Shown piece by piece: positions 10,132 through 18,613 of a DNA stretch of 32,000 nt. The DNA lies in the NCBI GenBank assembly GCA_014251975.1, contig CP059204.1, forward strand, positions 30,001 through 62,000. The letters run 5' to 3'. The notes beneath the pieces were generated by a model. That model ran no database searches and had not been told where the DNA came from. It was given only the letters and a program-made list of their open reading frames with translations. Within the stretch, counting starts at the first letter, position 1; the number at the start of each line of letters is the position of its first letter. A program made the translations under genes and the position numbers. The stretch comes from Blattabacterium cuenoti (GTDB lineage Bacteria > Bacteroidota > Bacteroidia > Flavobacteriales > Blattabacteriaceae).

Positions 10132-10805
10132 TTTGTTTTATTAATTTTTATCCAATCAATGGTATCTTTATAATTTAAATTACATAATACATGTCCAGAT
10201 TCATATTCTTTATAATAAATAGAATATATTCTATTTTTTTTTAAAAATTTAATTCCTTTTTTTGCCCATTCTATAGGTATTATAGTATCATATTTACCAT
10301 GTGAAATAAAAAAATCTATATTTCTAAAAAAACTATAATCATAATTAATATTTTTTTCTAAAATAATTTTATTTTCTAAATATCCGCTTAAAAGTATTAC
10401 TTTTTTTATTATTTTTGGGTTATATAATGCTAAAGAATAACTTAAAATAGCTCCTTGACTAAAACCACATAACCATACTATGGTATTTTTTAAATTATAA
10501 ATATATTCGTTTATAAATACAGAAATTTTTTTTATTGTTTCTTTAGCTTGTCCTATATGAATAATTTTTTTTTTATCAGAAAAATCTATATCATACCAAT
10601 AATATTTATCGTATTCTATACAATAAAAACCTCGTATACTTATTACTGTAAAACTTTCTGGTATATCTTTTGCAAAAGTATTAAATAAATCTTTTTCATT
10701 ACTTCCATATCCATGAATCAATAAAAATACATTTGATATTTCGTTATAATTATTAATTGGTTCTCTAATTATATATTTTATAGTACCATGTTTTTTTAAA
10801 ATCAT
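10128..10805 (-). CDS. Alpha/beta-hydrolase, phospholipase/carboxylesterase family
   Basis: 225 aa. Nucleophile elbow GFSQGA, N-terminal LLIHGYGSNEKD, and candidate triad Asp (HGKYDTIIP) and His (ESGHVL). TGA stop. Confidence 0.8.
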   Translation of the reverse strand: MILKKHGTIKYIIREPINNYNEISNVFLLIHGYGSNEKDLFNTFAKDIPESFTVISIRGFYCIEYDKYYWYDIDFSDKKKIIHIGQAKETIKKISVFINEYIYNLKNTIVWLCGFSQGAILSYSLALYNPKIIKKVILLSGYLENKIILEKNINYDYSFFRNIDFFISHGKYDTIIPIEWAKKGIKFLKKNRIYSIYYKEYESGHVLCNLNYKDTIDWIKINKTK

Positions 10806-10927
10806 TAAATTGTATAAAATTTTATTTAATTAAAAAAAAATTAAGAAAAAATTTTCAAAAAAAAAAACATACTTTAAAAATAATTTTTTAGTTTAAATTT
10901 ATTATTAAAGTAAAAAAAACAATATAA

Positions 10928-12151
10928 ATGGATTTATATGAATTCCAAGGAAGAAAAATATTAAATGATTTCTCTATTGTTACTCCAAACGGAATTACAG
11001 TATCTTCTCCAGAAGAAGCTGTTAAAGCTGCAAAAATTTTGTTTTCAAAAACTAAAAAAAAATCTTTAGTAATTAAAGCTCAAATTCATGCAGGAGGAAG
11101 AGGAAAATCAGGTGGCATTAAAATAGCTAAAAATTTAAAAGAAATTTATGAAATATCTAAAAATATTATAGGTAAATATTTAGTAACGCCACAAACTTCT
11201 AAAAAAGGTAAATTAGTTAATAAGATATTAATTTCAGAAGATGTATATTTTACCTCAATATATAAAAAAATCACTCCTAATGAATATTATTTATCAATTC
11301 TATTGAATCGTGATATAGATAGTGATATTATTTTATATTCTAAATATGGAGGAGTTAATATAGAAAAATTATCTAATAACTACCCAGAAAGAATATTTTT
11401 TGAAAAAATAAATCCTATATTAGGATTACAAATATTCCAAGTTAGAAAAATAATATATAATTTATCAATTACTAATAAAGATACTATAAAAAATTTTTCA
11501 AATTTTTTAATTTCTCTTTATAAAGCTTATATAGCTATAGATGCAATTTTGATAGAGATTAATCCTTTAATACAAACATTAAATAATAAAATATTACCAG
11601 TAGATATAAAAATAACATTAGATAATAATTCTTTATATCGTCAAAATGAATATATAAAGGAAATACATAAAAATTATTATAAATATGATATTAATTCTCT
11701 AGAATTACAAGCATTTAAATTAGGATTAAATTTTTTAAAATTAAATGGCAATGTAGGGTGTATGGTAAATGGTGCTGGGCTAGCAATGGCAACTATGGAT
11801 ATGATACAATCATCTGGAGGTTCCCCTGCAAATTTTTTAGATATAGGTGGAGATGCTGATGTAAATAAAGTGGAGAAAGCATTTTCTATTATTTTACAAG
11901 ATAAATCAGTACGTACCATATTAGTTAATATTTTTGGTGGTATAGTAAGATGTGATATAGTAGCAGAAGGAATTATAAAATCTTATTATAAAAATAAACA
12001 AAAAAACAGTTTTTCTATACCATTAATAATACGGTTATTAGGTACTAATGATAATAAAGCAAAAACAATATTAAAAAATACATATTTACCAATTTTTTAT
12101 GTAAATACTTTAAAAGAAGCATACAATAAAATTAAAAAATTGATAAAATAA
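10928..12151 (+). CDS. sucC: Succinate--CoA ligase (ADP-forming) beta subunit
   Basis: 407 aa. MDLYEFQGRKIL N-terminus, ATP-grasp AQIHAGGRGKSGGIK, GCMVNGAGLAMATMD, PANFLDIGGDA, NIFGGIVRCD. Confidence 0.95.
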   Translation: MDLYEFQGRKILNDFSIVTPNGITVSSPEEAVKAAKILFSKTKKKSLVIKAQIHAGGRGKSGGIKIAKNLKEIYEISKNIIGKYLVTPQTSKKGKLVNKILISEDVYFTSIYKKITPNEYYLSILLNRDIDSDIILYSKYGGVNIEKLSNNYPERIFFEKINPILGLQIFQVRKIIYNLSITNKDTIKNFSNFLISLYKAYIAIDAILIEINPLIQTLNNKILPVDIKITLDNNSLYRQNEYIKEIHKNYYKYDINSLELQAFKLGLNFLKLNGNVGCMVNGAGLAMATMDMIQSSGGSPANFLDIGGDADVNKVEKAFSIILQDKSVRTILVNIFGGIVRCDIVAEGIIKSYYKNKQKNSFSIPLIIRLLGTNDNKAKTILKNTYLPIFYVNTLKEAYNKIKKLIK

Positions 12152-12161
12152 TAATATAAAA

Positions 12162-13565
12162 ATGATCATAGAAAAATATACTCCAAAAATATGGAATGAA
12201 GTAGTAGGTCAAAATATAATATTAAATTTAAAAGATAACATAATAAAAAATAAGATATACTTTAAAAATTTAATATTTTTTGGGCCAAAAGGAGTAGGAA
12301 AACATACATGTGCAAAAATTTTAATTAATGAAATAAATAAATTTGATTTTGAAAAATCAAATTTTTGTGAATTAAACTATTCTAATATATTTGAAGTAGA
12401 TGGATTATTTAAAATAACTACAGATGATCTTCATCATATTGTAAAATTATCAAATTTTTTTTTTAAAAAAAAAAAAAAATACTATATAATATTTAATAAT
12501 ATAAAAAATTTTTCACAATACATATTAAATTTTTTTTTTAATTTTATAATAAAAAAATATAAAAATATATTTTTTATTATTTGTGAGGATAAACAAAAAT
12601 ATATACCAGATTATATACTGTTAAATTCACAAATATATAATTTTAAAAAAATTTCTTCAAAAGATATTTATTGCCATATAAAAATGATATCAAAAAAAGA
12701 GAATATAAAAATAGAGAATGAATCACTATTAATAATTTCTAAATATGTTAATGGTTCTATTGGAAAAGCTATATTAATAATTAAAAAATTAATTGATAAA
12801 TATAATTTATCTTCTATTTCAAAAAAAAATTTTATAACACAACAATTAGGTATAATTGATTTTAATTTTTTCTTTGAATTTATAAATTATTTTTTAAATA
12901 AAGAGCTACAAAAAATTTTAATTTCAATAGATCAAATTATATATAAAAAAATTTCATTTTATAGTCTTATATTTGGATTGAAAGATCATTTCAAAAAATT
13001 ATTTTTTTACAAAAAAAATAATACATTGATAATTGAAACATTAGATAACAAAAAATATATACAACAATCAAATAAAATTTCATTTTGTATTTTAAATAGT
13101 ACATTAAGTCTTTTTTATAATTTAGAAAATGAACTTTATGATAGTAATGATACAAAACTAACAATAGAAAAATATTTAATAAAAATTTATAACTTTTTTA
13201 ATAATTATAAAACAATTAATGACGTAGACAACTTATTTACTAAAAATTTTTTAAATAGAATTTTAAAAAATTTTATAATAGAAAATAATGATATCCTTAA
13301 CGTTTTAGATATTAATAAATATATATTAATACAATCTTTTTATAATAAAAAAATAAAATTAATTATTCCTCATAAAATTAAAAAAAAAAATATACCTATT
13401 ATTAAAAAAAAATTAGAGACTTATTTAAATAATATAATGAAAGATTTTTTATATGAGATAGTACAAGAAAAATCAGAAGTAGATAAAGAAAAATTTATAA
13501 AATTATTGGTTAACAAATTAAATTTAAAAAAAATATGTTCTAATGACATATACAAATTATTATAA
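12162..13565 (+). CDS. dnaX: DNA polymerase III clamp-loader AAA+ subunit, DnaX (gamma/tau)-like with degenerate ATPase motifs; a delta-prime identity is not excluded
   Basis: 467 aa. The N-terminus aligns by eye with DnaX: YTPKIWNEVVGQNIILNL...NLIFFGPKGVGKHTCAKIL, with a P-loop-like GPKGVGKHT starting at nt 12282. The downstream register also matches DnaX (YYIIFNNIKNFS, IFFIICEDKQKYIPDYILLNSQIYNF, NGSIGKAILII), but the key catalytic residues are substituted (see findings). Confidence 0.65.
   Translation: MIIEKYTPKIWNEVVGQNIILNLKDNIIKNKIYFKNLIFFGPKGVGKHTCAKILINEINKFDFEKSNFCELNYSNIFEVDGLFKITTDDLHHIVKLSNFFFKKKKKYYIIFNNIKNFSQYILNFFFNFIIKKYKNIFFIICEDKQKYIPDYILLNSQIYNFKKISSKDIYCHIKMISKKENIKIENESLLIISKYVNGSIGKAILIIKKLIDKYNLSSISKKNFITQQLGIIDFNFFFEFINYFLNKELQKILISIDQIIYKKISFYSLIFGLKDHFKKLFFYKKNNTLIIETLDNKKYIQQSNKISFCILNSTLSLFYNLENELYDSNDTKLTIEKYLIKIYNFFNNYKTINDVDNLFTKNFLNRILKNFIIENNDILNVLDINKYILIQSFYNKKIKLIIPHKIKKKNIPIIKKKLETYLNNIMKDFLYEIVQEKSEVDKEKFIKLLVNKLNLKKICSNDIYKLL
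12455..12479 (+). repeat. T10A15 homopolymer pair inside the dnaX-like CDS
   Basis: Codons AAT TTT TTT TTT AAA AAA AAA AAA AAA TAC encode N-FFF-KKKKK-Y (residues 98-107). The run lengths agree with the ORF translation and with the codon arithmetic from the start at 12162. Confidence 0.85.
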
Positions 13566-13583
13566 ATTGATTACTTATTAAAT

Positions 13584-14243
13584 ATGAATAATTTATTTAA
13601 AAAAGTAAAAATAATAGAAAATGTATTAGATTCATTATATCCTAATCCAAAAAATAATTTATATTATATTAACGAATATACATTACTTATAGCTATAATA
13701 CTTACTTCTCAATGTAGAGATAAATATGTTAATAATTTAACTAAATTTTTATTTAAAAAAATAAAATCTCCTTATGATGTAATAAATAAACCTATATATG
13801 TATTAAAAGAATATATAAAAAAGATAGGTCTTTATAATAAAAAATCTAAATATATTTATAATTTATCAATACAAATAATAAAAAAACATAAAGGATTAAT
13901 ACCTAAAAATATAAAATGTTTAGAAAATTTACCAGGCGTAGGCCATAAAACAGCGTCTGTTTTTTTATCTAATATATCTAATAATAATTTTTATGTATTT
14001 CCAGTAGATACTCATATACATAGAATGATGTATAGATGGGAATTAAGTAATTGTAAAAATATTTTAGAAATAGAAAAAGATGCAAAAAAAATTTTTCATA
14101 AAAAAAAATGGAAAAAACTTCATTTACAAATTATTTTTTATGGGAGAGAATATTCACCATCTAAAAAATGGATAATACAAAAAGATATCATTTATAGCAA
14201 ATTTATTAAGTATAAACTAATAAAGAAAAATCTTCATCTTTAA
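13584..14243 (+). CDS. nth: Endonuclease III family DNA glycosylase/AP lyase (HhH-GPD) lacking the C-terminal Fe-S cluster cysteines
   Basis: 219 aa. Helix-hairpin-helix LPGVGHKTASVFL contains the catalytic-position Lys122. VDTHIHR contains the catalytic-position Asp142. The C-terminal tail HLQIIFYGREYSPSKKWIIQKDIIYSKF has no Cys. Confidence 0.8.
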   Translation: MNNLFKKVKIIENVLDSLYPNPKNNLYYINEYTLLIAIILTSQCRDKYVNNLTKFLFKKIKSPYDVINKPIYVLKEYIKKIGLYNKKSKYIYNLSIQIIKKHKGLIPKNIKCLENLPGVGHKTASVFLSNISNNNFYVFPVDTHIHRMMYRWELSNCKNILEIEKDAKKIFHKKKWKKLHLQIIFYGREYSPSKKWIIQKDIIYSKFIKYKLIKKNLHL

Positions 14244-14584
14244 AATGGAAGATCATCAAAATCATCAGTTGATAAAGATGAAGATTTAGAAGAATTTTTA
14301 GAAGAAAATTTAGATAATTTTTCTATCTTCCATCCCTGTACAGAATTAAAATATTTTATAATCCCATTAGGATTTTTCCATTCTCTTCCTTTAATATTTA
14401 TAAAAATTTTTACTTTATCTTCAACTTGTAATTCATTTAATAAATCAATTTTATCCTGTATAAATTCAATTAAAATATCTTGGGGATAAACATCTTCAGT
14501 AGTAATTACTATTTCTCTTTTTTTAAATCCACTATCAAACTGTTGAAGTTCAAATAATTTTTTAATTTTTCCTATTATTTCCAT
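14240..14584 (-). CDS. DUF3127-like small OB-fold-type protein with an SSB-like disordered linker and acidic DDLPF C-terminal tip
   Basis: 114 aa. MEIIGKIKK...YPQDILIEF..DKID....V.DKVKIFINIKGREW....YFNSVQGWKIEKL matches my recollection of the Bacteroidota DUF3127 pattern. The tail is SKFSSKNSSKSSSLSTDDFDDLPF. This is a memory-based family assignment, not a search result. Confidence 0.6.
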   Translation of the reverse strand: MEIIGKIKKLFELQQFDSGFKKREIVITTEDVYPQDILIEFIQDKIDLLNELQVEDKVKIFINIKGREWKNPNGIIKYFNSVQGWKIEKLSKFSSKNSSKSSSLSTDDFDDLPF

Positions 14585-15587
14585 GATGATTATTGATTAT
14601 ATTATTTTTTTCATCATTAATATTTTTAACAACAACATTTTTATTATTGTCATTATTTTTATTGTTATTATTTTTAATATTTTTTTTTATAGTTTCATTT
14701 ATTTTATTAGAAATATTAAAAGAAGTTATCATATTATTTAACATTTCATGAGCTGATGCTGGATGATTAGGCATTAGAATTAAATTACTATTGCCTTCTT
14801 TACCCATTGCCTGTAGTGTATCATAATGTTGTGTTACTACAAGTAATGCTGATGCTTCTTGAGGGTTAATTCCAACATTACTTAATACTTCAACAGATTC
14901 TAAAATACCTTTTGCAATTTCTCTTCTTTGATCAGCAGTCCCTTTTCCTTGTAATTTCTTACTTTCAGCTTCTGCTCTTGCTTTGGATACTATTTTAATT
15001 CTTTCTGCTTCTGCTTTATACTGAGCAGAAACTTTTTCTCTTTCAGCTGTATTAATTCTATTCATAGCTAATCTTACTTGTTCATCAGGATCAAGATCTG
15101 TTACTAAAGCTTTAATAATGGAATATCCATAATTTAACATAGATTCACCTAATTCTCCTTTTACAGCAAGTGCTATACTATCTTTTCTTTCAAATACATC
15201 ATCTAATTTCATTTTTGGGACTTCAGCACGAACTACATCAAAAATATAAGATGTAATTTGTGTATGAGAATTATCTAATTTATAAAATGCTTCATATACT
15301 TTATCTCTTATAACTTTAAATTGAACAGAAATTTTAACTTTTACAAATACATTATCTTTAGTTTTTGTATCTACTAAAACATCTAACTGCTGAATTTTTA
15401 ATATAAGTCTACCTACAATATTATCAATAATAGGTATTTTAACATTTAATCCAGCATTACGGACACTGTGAAATTTTCCCATTCTTTCAACAATAGCTGC
15501 CGTTTCTTGATTAACTATAAAAACAAAACTGTAAAATAAAGAAATTACTAAAAAAAATAATATTAAGTAAAAAATTATACCAATCAT
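14562..15587 (-). CDS. SPFH/band-7 domain membrane protein (stomatin/HflC/HIR-like)
   Basis: 341 aa. N-terminal TM helix IGIIFYLILFFLVISLFYSFVFIV. SPFH core: VNQETAAIVERMGKFHSVRNAGLNVKIPIID, QQLDVLVDTKTKDNVFVKVKISVQFKV. Coiled-coil region AEREKVSAQYKAEAERIKIVSKARAEAESKK. Asn-rich low-complexity tail. The 3' end overlaps the next gene by 23 nt. Confidence 0.85.
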   Translation of the reverse strand: MIGIIFYLILFFLVISLFYSFVFIVNQETAAIVERMGKFHSVRNAGLNVKIPIIDNIVGRLILKIQQLDVLVDTKTKDNVFVKVKISVQFKVIRDKVYEAFYKLDNSHTQITSYIFDVVRAEVPKMKLDDVFERKDSIALAVKGELGESMLNYGYSIIKALVTDLDPDEQVRLAMNRINTAEREKVSAQYKAEAERIKIVSKARAEAESKKLQGKGTADQRREIAKGILESVEVLSNVGINPQEASALLVVTQHYDTLQAMGKEGNSNLILMPNHPASAHEMLNNMITSFNISNKINETIKKNIKNNNNKNNDNNKNVVVKNINDEKNNIINNHHGNNRKN

Positions 15588-15606
15588 ACTAATACTAAAA
15601 TTAATT

Positions 15607-15927
15607 TTACAATAAACCTAATTCTAAACGAGCCTCTTCACTCATAAATTCTTTACTCCATGGAGGATCGAAAGTTAAAACAATTTTTACATCATCTATT
15701 TTTTTTATATTTAATTTTATTTTTTTCTCAACTTCTATAGGTAAACTCTCTATAACCGGACAATTTGGTGTAGTTAATGTCATAATGATCTTAATTTTTT
15801 TATTAGAAATAATTTTAATATCATAAATTAAACCAAGTTCATATATATCAACTGATATTTCTGGATCATATATAGTTTTTAAAATTGAAACAATTTGTTC
15901 TTTTAAAAATTTATTGTATTTACACAT
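15607..15927 (-). CDS. DUF59/MIP18-family Fe-S cluster assembly protein (SufT-like)
   Basis: 106 aa. IYDPEISVDIYELGLIYDI and MTLTTPNCPV (conserved Cys) are typical of the DUF59 family. The C-terminal FDPPWSKEFMSEEARLELGL is also typical. Confidence 0.8.
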   Translation of the reverse strand: MCKYNKFLKEQIVSILKTIYDPEISVDIYELGLIYDIKIISNKKIKIIMTLTTPNCPVIESLPIEVEKKIKLNIKKIDDVKIVLTFDPPWSKEFMSEEARLELGLL

Positions 15928-15928
15928 T

Positions 15929-17302
15929 TTATACGGAAGTACAAAACCTATCTATAAAATGTATAGGGTATCCTATATTTTTTATAGATGGTAATATATC
16001 ACTTTTTTTACCAACAATCAATATAAAATTATAATTAAAATATTTTTTACATATTTTATTTACATCATCAATAGTAACAGATTTTACATTTTTTATAAAA
16101 TTATTATAATATCCTTTTGGTAATTTATTTATTAACTCGGAAATAAACAAATAATTTACTTTTTCAGGTGATTCTAATCCAAATAAAAATTGTCCAATTA
16201 TTTCATTTTTTTTAATATTTAATTCTTCTAAAGATACTCTATTTGTAGATATATATTTTATTTCATTCAAAATATCTTTAATTGCGGGACCTGTAACTTC
16301 ATTTCTAACTTTAGTAATTATAGAAAAATATCCTATATACTTATCAGATTTTAAAACAGAATATATACCATAAGTATATCCTTTTTTTTCTCTAATATTT
16401 AAAAACAAGCGACTATGGGCTCCATATCCTAAAATACCATTTGCTAATATAGATGGGATATAATCAGGATCATTTTTTTTTAATATAATAGGACCTCCAA
16501 TACAAATATTAGATTGAGTTAAAAAAGGAAGATCAATAAAAATTATTTTTACATCATTATCTTTTTTTTTAAAAAAATTATTATTTAAATATATTTTTTT
16601 ATTAACTATTTTTTTAGGTCTTTTTTTTTTTTTCCAATGAGAAAAATATTTATAACATATTTCTTTTACTTCTTGTTTATTTATATCACCCGAAAAAGAA
16701 AGATAAAATATTTCTGGACTATAATATTTATCATATAATTTTTTTAAATCATTCATTCTTATATTTTTAATACTATCAATAGTTTCATATTCTCCATAAG
16801 GATGATTATCACCAAATAATAAAATATTTCTAGCTCTTTTTAAAATAAAAGAAGCATTTTTTTCGTATAAATGTATATCAATTAATTTTTGTTTAATTAT
16901 ATTTTTTAATTCTTTATTATTATCAAATGTACAATTCATTACTATTTCACTAATAATAGATATTGATTTATACAAATATTTTTTTAATGTTGAAACATAT
17001 ATATCATAAAAGGTAGTATCTATACTTATTCCCATATAATCTATTATATCGTCTAATTCTATTTTAGTATATTTTTTAGTTCCAGATCTTAACATATGTC
17101 CAAAAACTCTATGTATACCTGTTTTTTTTCTACCTTCTAAAATTGGATCAATATCCATTTCTAAAGTAATATTTACTATAGGCCATTTATTATTTTCATC
17201 AATTATTACTTTTAATCCATTTTCCATTTTAAAATAAAGTGGTTTTTTTAAAAATACATTAATATCGTTTTTTAGAGGCTTGGGAATTATGGATTTTTTC
17301 AT
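15929..17302 (-). CDS. M16-family peptidase-like protein, predicted non-catalytic subunit
   Basis: 457 aa. M16 fold-level similarity. The zinc-motif position reads GIHRVFGHMLRSGT (nt 17096-17113), which is RxxGH instead of HxxEH. It lies immediately downstream of the active M16 gene on the same strand. Confidence 0.8.
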   Translation of the reverse strand: MKKSIIPKPLKNDINVFLKKPLYFKMENGLKVIIDENNKWPIVNITLEMDIDPILEGRKKTGIHRVFGHMLRSGTKKYTKIELDDIIDYMGISIDTTFYDIYVSTLKKYLYKSISIISEIVMNCTFDNNKELKNIIKQKLIDIHLYEKNASFILKRARNILLFGDNHPYGEYETIDSIKNIRMNDLKKLYDKYYSPEIFYLSFSGDINKQEVKEICYKYFSHWKKKKRPKKIVNKKIYLNNNFFKKKDNDVKIIFIDLPFLTQSNICIGGPIILKKNDPDYIPSILANGILGYGAHSRLFLNIREKKGYTYGIYSVLKSDKYIGYFSIITKVRNEVTGPAIKDILNEIKYISTNRVSLEELNIKKNEIIGQFLFGLESPEKVNYLFISELINKLPKGYYNNFIKNVKSVTIDDVNKICKKYFNYNFILIVGKKSDILPSIKNIGYPIHFIDRFCTSV

Positions 17303-17311
17303 ATAAAAAAA

Positions 17312-18613
17312 TTAAATTTTATTATTTACTGGAATATTATATAATCTTACTCTGCTATTAATATTAAGATATTTTTTAGCTACTCTTTTAATATCTTCAT
17401 TTGTTATATTTTTATATTTATCAACTTCATTATTAACTAAATTAACATCTTTATAATATAAATAACAATGTGATAAATTAGTAGCTAAATAACTAACATA
17501 ATAATTATCAGAAATTAATTTTCTTTCAATAATATTTATTTTTTTCTTAAGTTCATATGATGTTATACCTTTTTCTTGAATTTTATAAATTTCTTCATCC
17601 ATTGCTTCTGATAAATCATCTAACTTAACACCATGATGTATAATACCATAAAATGTAAATTTTCCATAATCCTCCATTAATTCTAAAAAAGATCCTGCAT
17701 ACGCAGCAACTTGTTTTACATTTACTACATTGTGTATTATTCTTGAACTTTCTCCAGAAAAAAAAATAAAATCTAACATTTTTAAAACATAAGAATCTTC
17801 ATCATTTATTTTAGATACTCTATAAGATAAAAAAACCCCTGGAACTGTTATATTTTCATCAGTCGATGTTATAGTAATTTCTCTTGTTATTGGTAATTCT
17901 TTAATAAATTTACTTTTAGTAAATAAATTTTTACTATTTTTATCTCCTATAGGTATTTTACCAAAATATTTCTTACATAAATTCATAGTTTCACTTATAT
18001 TAAAATCTCCTGAAATCGATAATATTGAATTATTAGGAACATAATATTTTTTATAAAATTCTATATAATCTTCTTCTGTTGAAGTTTCTAAATCTTTTTC
18101 TATTCCAATTATAGGATTCCTATATTGATGTTTTTTAAATAATAATGACGGTATTATTTCATGAGTTGCTTTAATATATGGTTGATTTTCCATTCTCATT
18201 TTCCTTTCTTCTTTAACTATATTTTTTTGAATATTTAAACTATTTTTATCTAATTTAGCGTATAACATCCTTTCAGATTCTAACCATAAAGCTAATGGTA
18301 AATGATTAGACGGTAAAATATCATAATAATAAGTTTCATCATGATTTGTATAAGCATTATTTTCTCCACCATTTAAGGCTACTAACTTAAAATAATCTCC
18401 TTTATTAATATTTTTTGATCCTTCAAACATTAAATGTTCAAAAAAATGAGCATATCCTGTTTTTCCTGGCAATTCATCTTTGCTACCTACATGATATAAA
18501 ACAGATGTATATATAATAGGATATTTATTATTTTGACATAATAAAATATGCAAACCATTTGAAAATTCTTCTTGAACAAAAGAAATATGGTATTTATCAG
18601 AATTATACGTCAT
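17312..18613 (-). CDS. M16-family zinc metallopeptidase (pitrilysin/insulinase family), predicted catalytic subunit
   Basis: 433 aa. Intact inverted zinc motif GYAHFFEHLMFEGSK: nt 18434-18448 reverse-complement to CAT TTT TTT GAA CAT, which is HFFEH. Downstream block GGENNAYTNHDETYYY is present. Confidence 0.87.
   Translation of the reverse strand: MTYNSDKYHISFVQEEFSNGLHILLCQNNKYPIIYTSVLYHVGSKDELPGKTGYAHFFEHLMFEGSKNINKGDYFKLVALNGGENNAYTNHDETYYYDILPSNHLPLALWLESERMLYAKLDKNSLNIQKNIVKEERKMRMENQPYIKATHEIIPSLLFKKHQYRNPIIGIEKDLETSTEEDYIEFYKKYYVPNNSILSISGDFNISETMNLCKKYFGKIPIGDKNSKNLFTKSKFIKELPITREITITSTDENITVPGVFLSYRVSKINDEDSYVLKMLDFIFFSGESSRIIHNVVNVKQVAAYAGSFLELMEDYGKFTFYGIIHHGVKLDDLSEAMDEEIYKIQEKGITSYELKKKINIIERKLISDNYYVSYLATNLSHCYLYYKDVNLVNNEVDKYKNITNEDIKRVAKKYLNINSRVRLYNIPVNNKI

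Noticed and set aside
10806-10927. The largest intergenic gaps (10806-10927, 18614-18722, 28855-28966, 2753-2852) were inspected for tRNA, small RNA or pseudogene remnants.
   Set aside because: All are almost pure A/T with long homopolymers. None has GC-containing stems that could form a tRNA cloverleaf or a stable structured RNA. They are most simply divergent or upstream promoter regions.
11677-11919. An 80-aa antisense ORF inside sucC.
   Set aside because: It is antisense to the most conserved part of sucC (GCMVNGAGLAMATMD, PANFLDIGG). It is open only because that segment is relatively GC-rich.
12152-12161. sucC is followed by dnaX rather than sucD, which might suggest loss of the alpha subunit.
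   Set aside because: To my knowledge sucC and sucD are often unlinked in Bacteroidota. Absence from this window says nothing about the rest of the genome.
13380-13390. An A11 tract late in dnaX as a possible analogue of the E. coli dnaX programmed -1 frameshift site that yields gamma.
   Set aside because: A -1 shift here would remove only about the last 50 residues of an already gamma-length protein. I see no downstream stimulatory structure. The tract is one of many similar Lys-run poly(A) tracts.
14562-14584. Two same-strand gene overlaps have an identical length of 23 nt (14562-14584 and 25524-25546).
   Set aside because: This is most likely coincidence. The second overlap depends on an uncertain actF start codon. 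The overlapped sequences show no shared motif.
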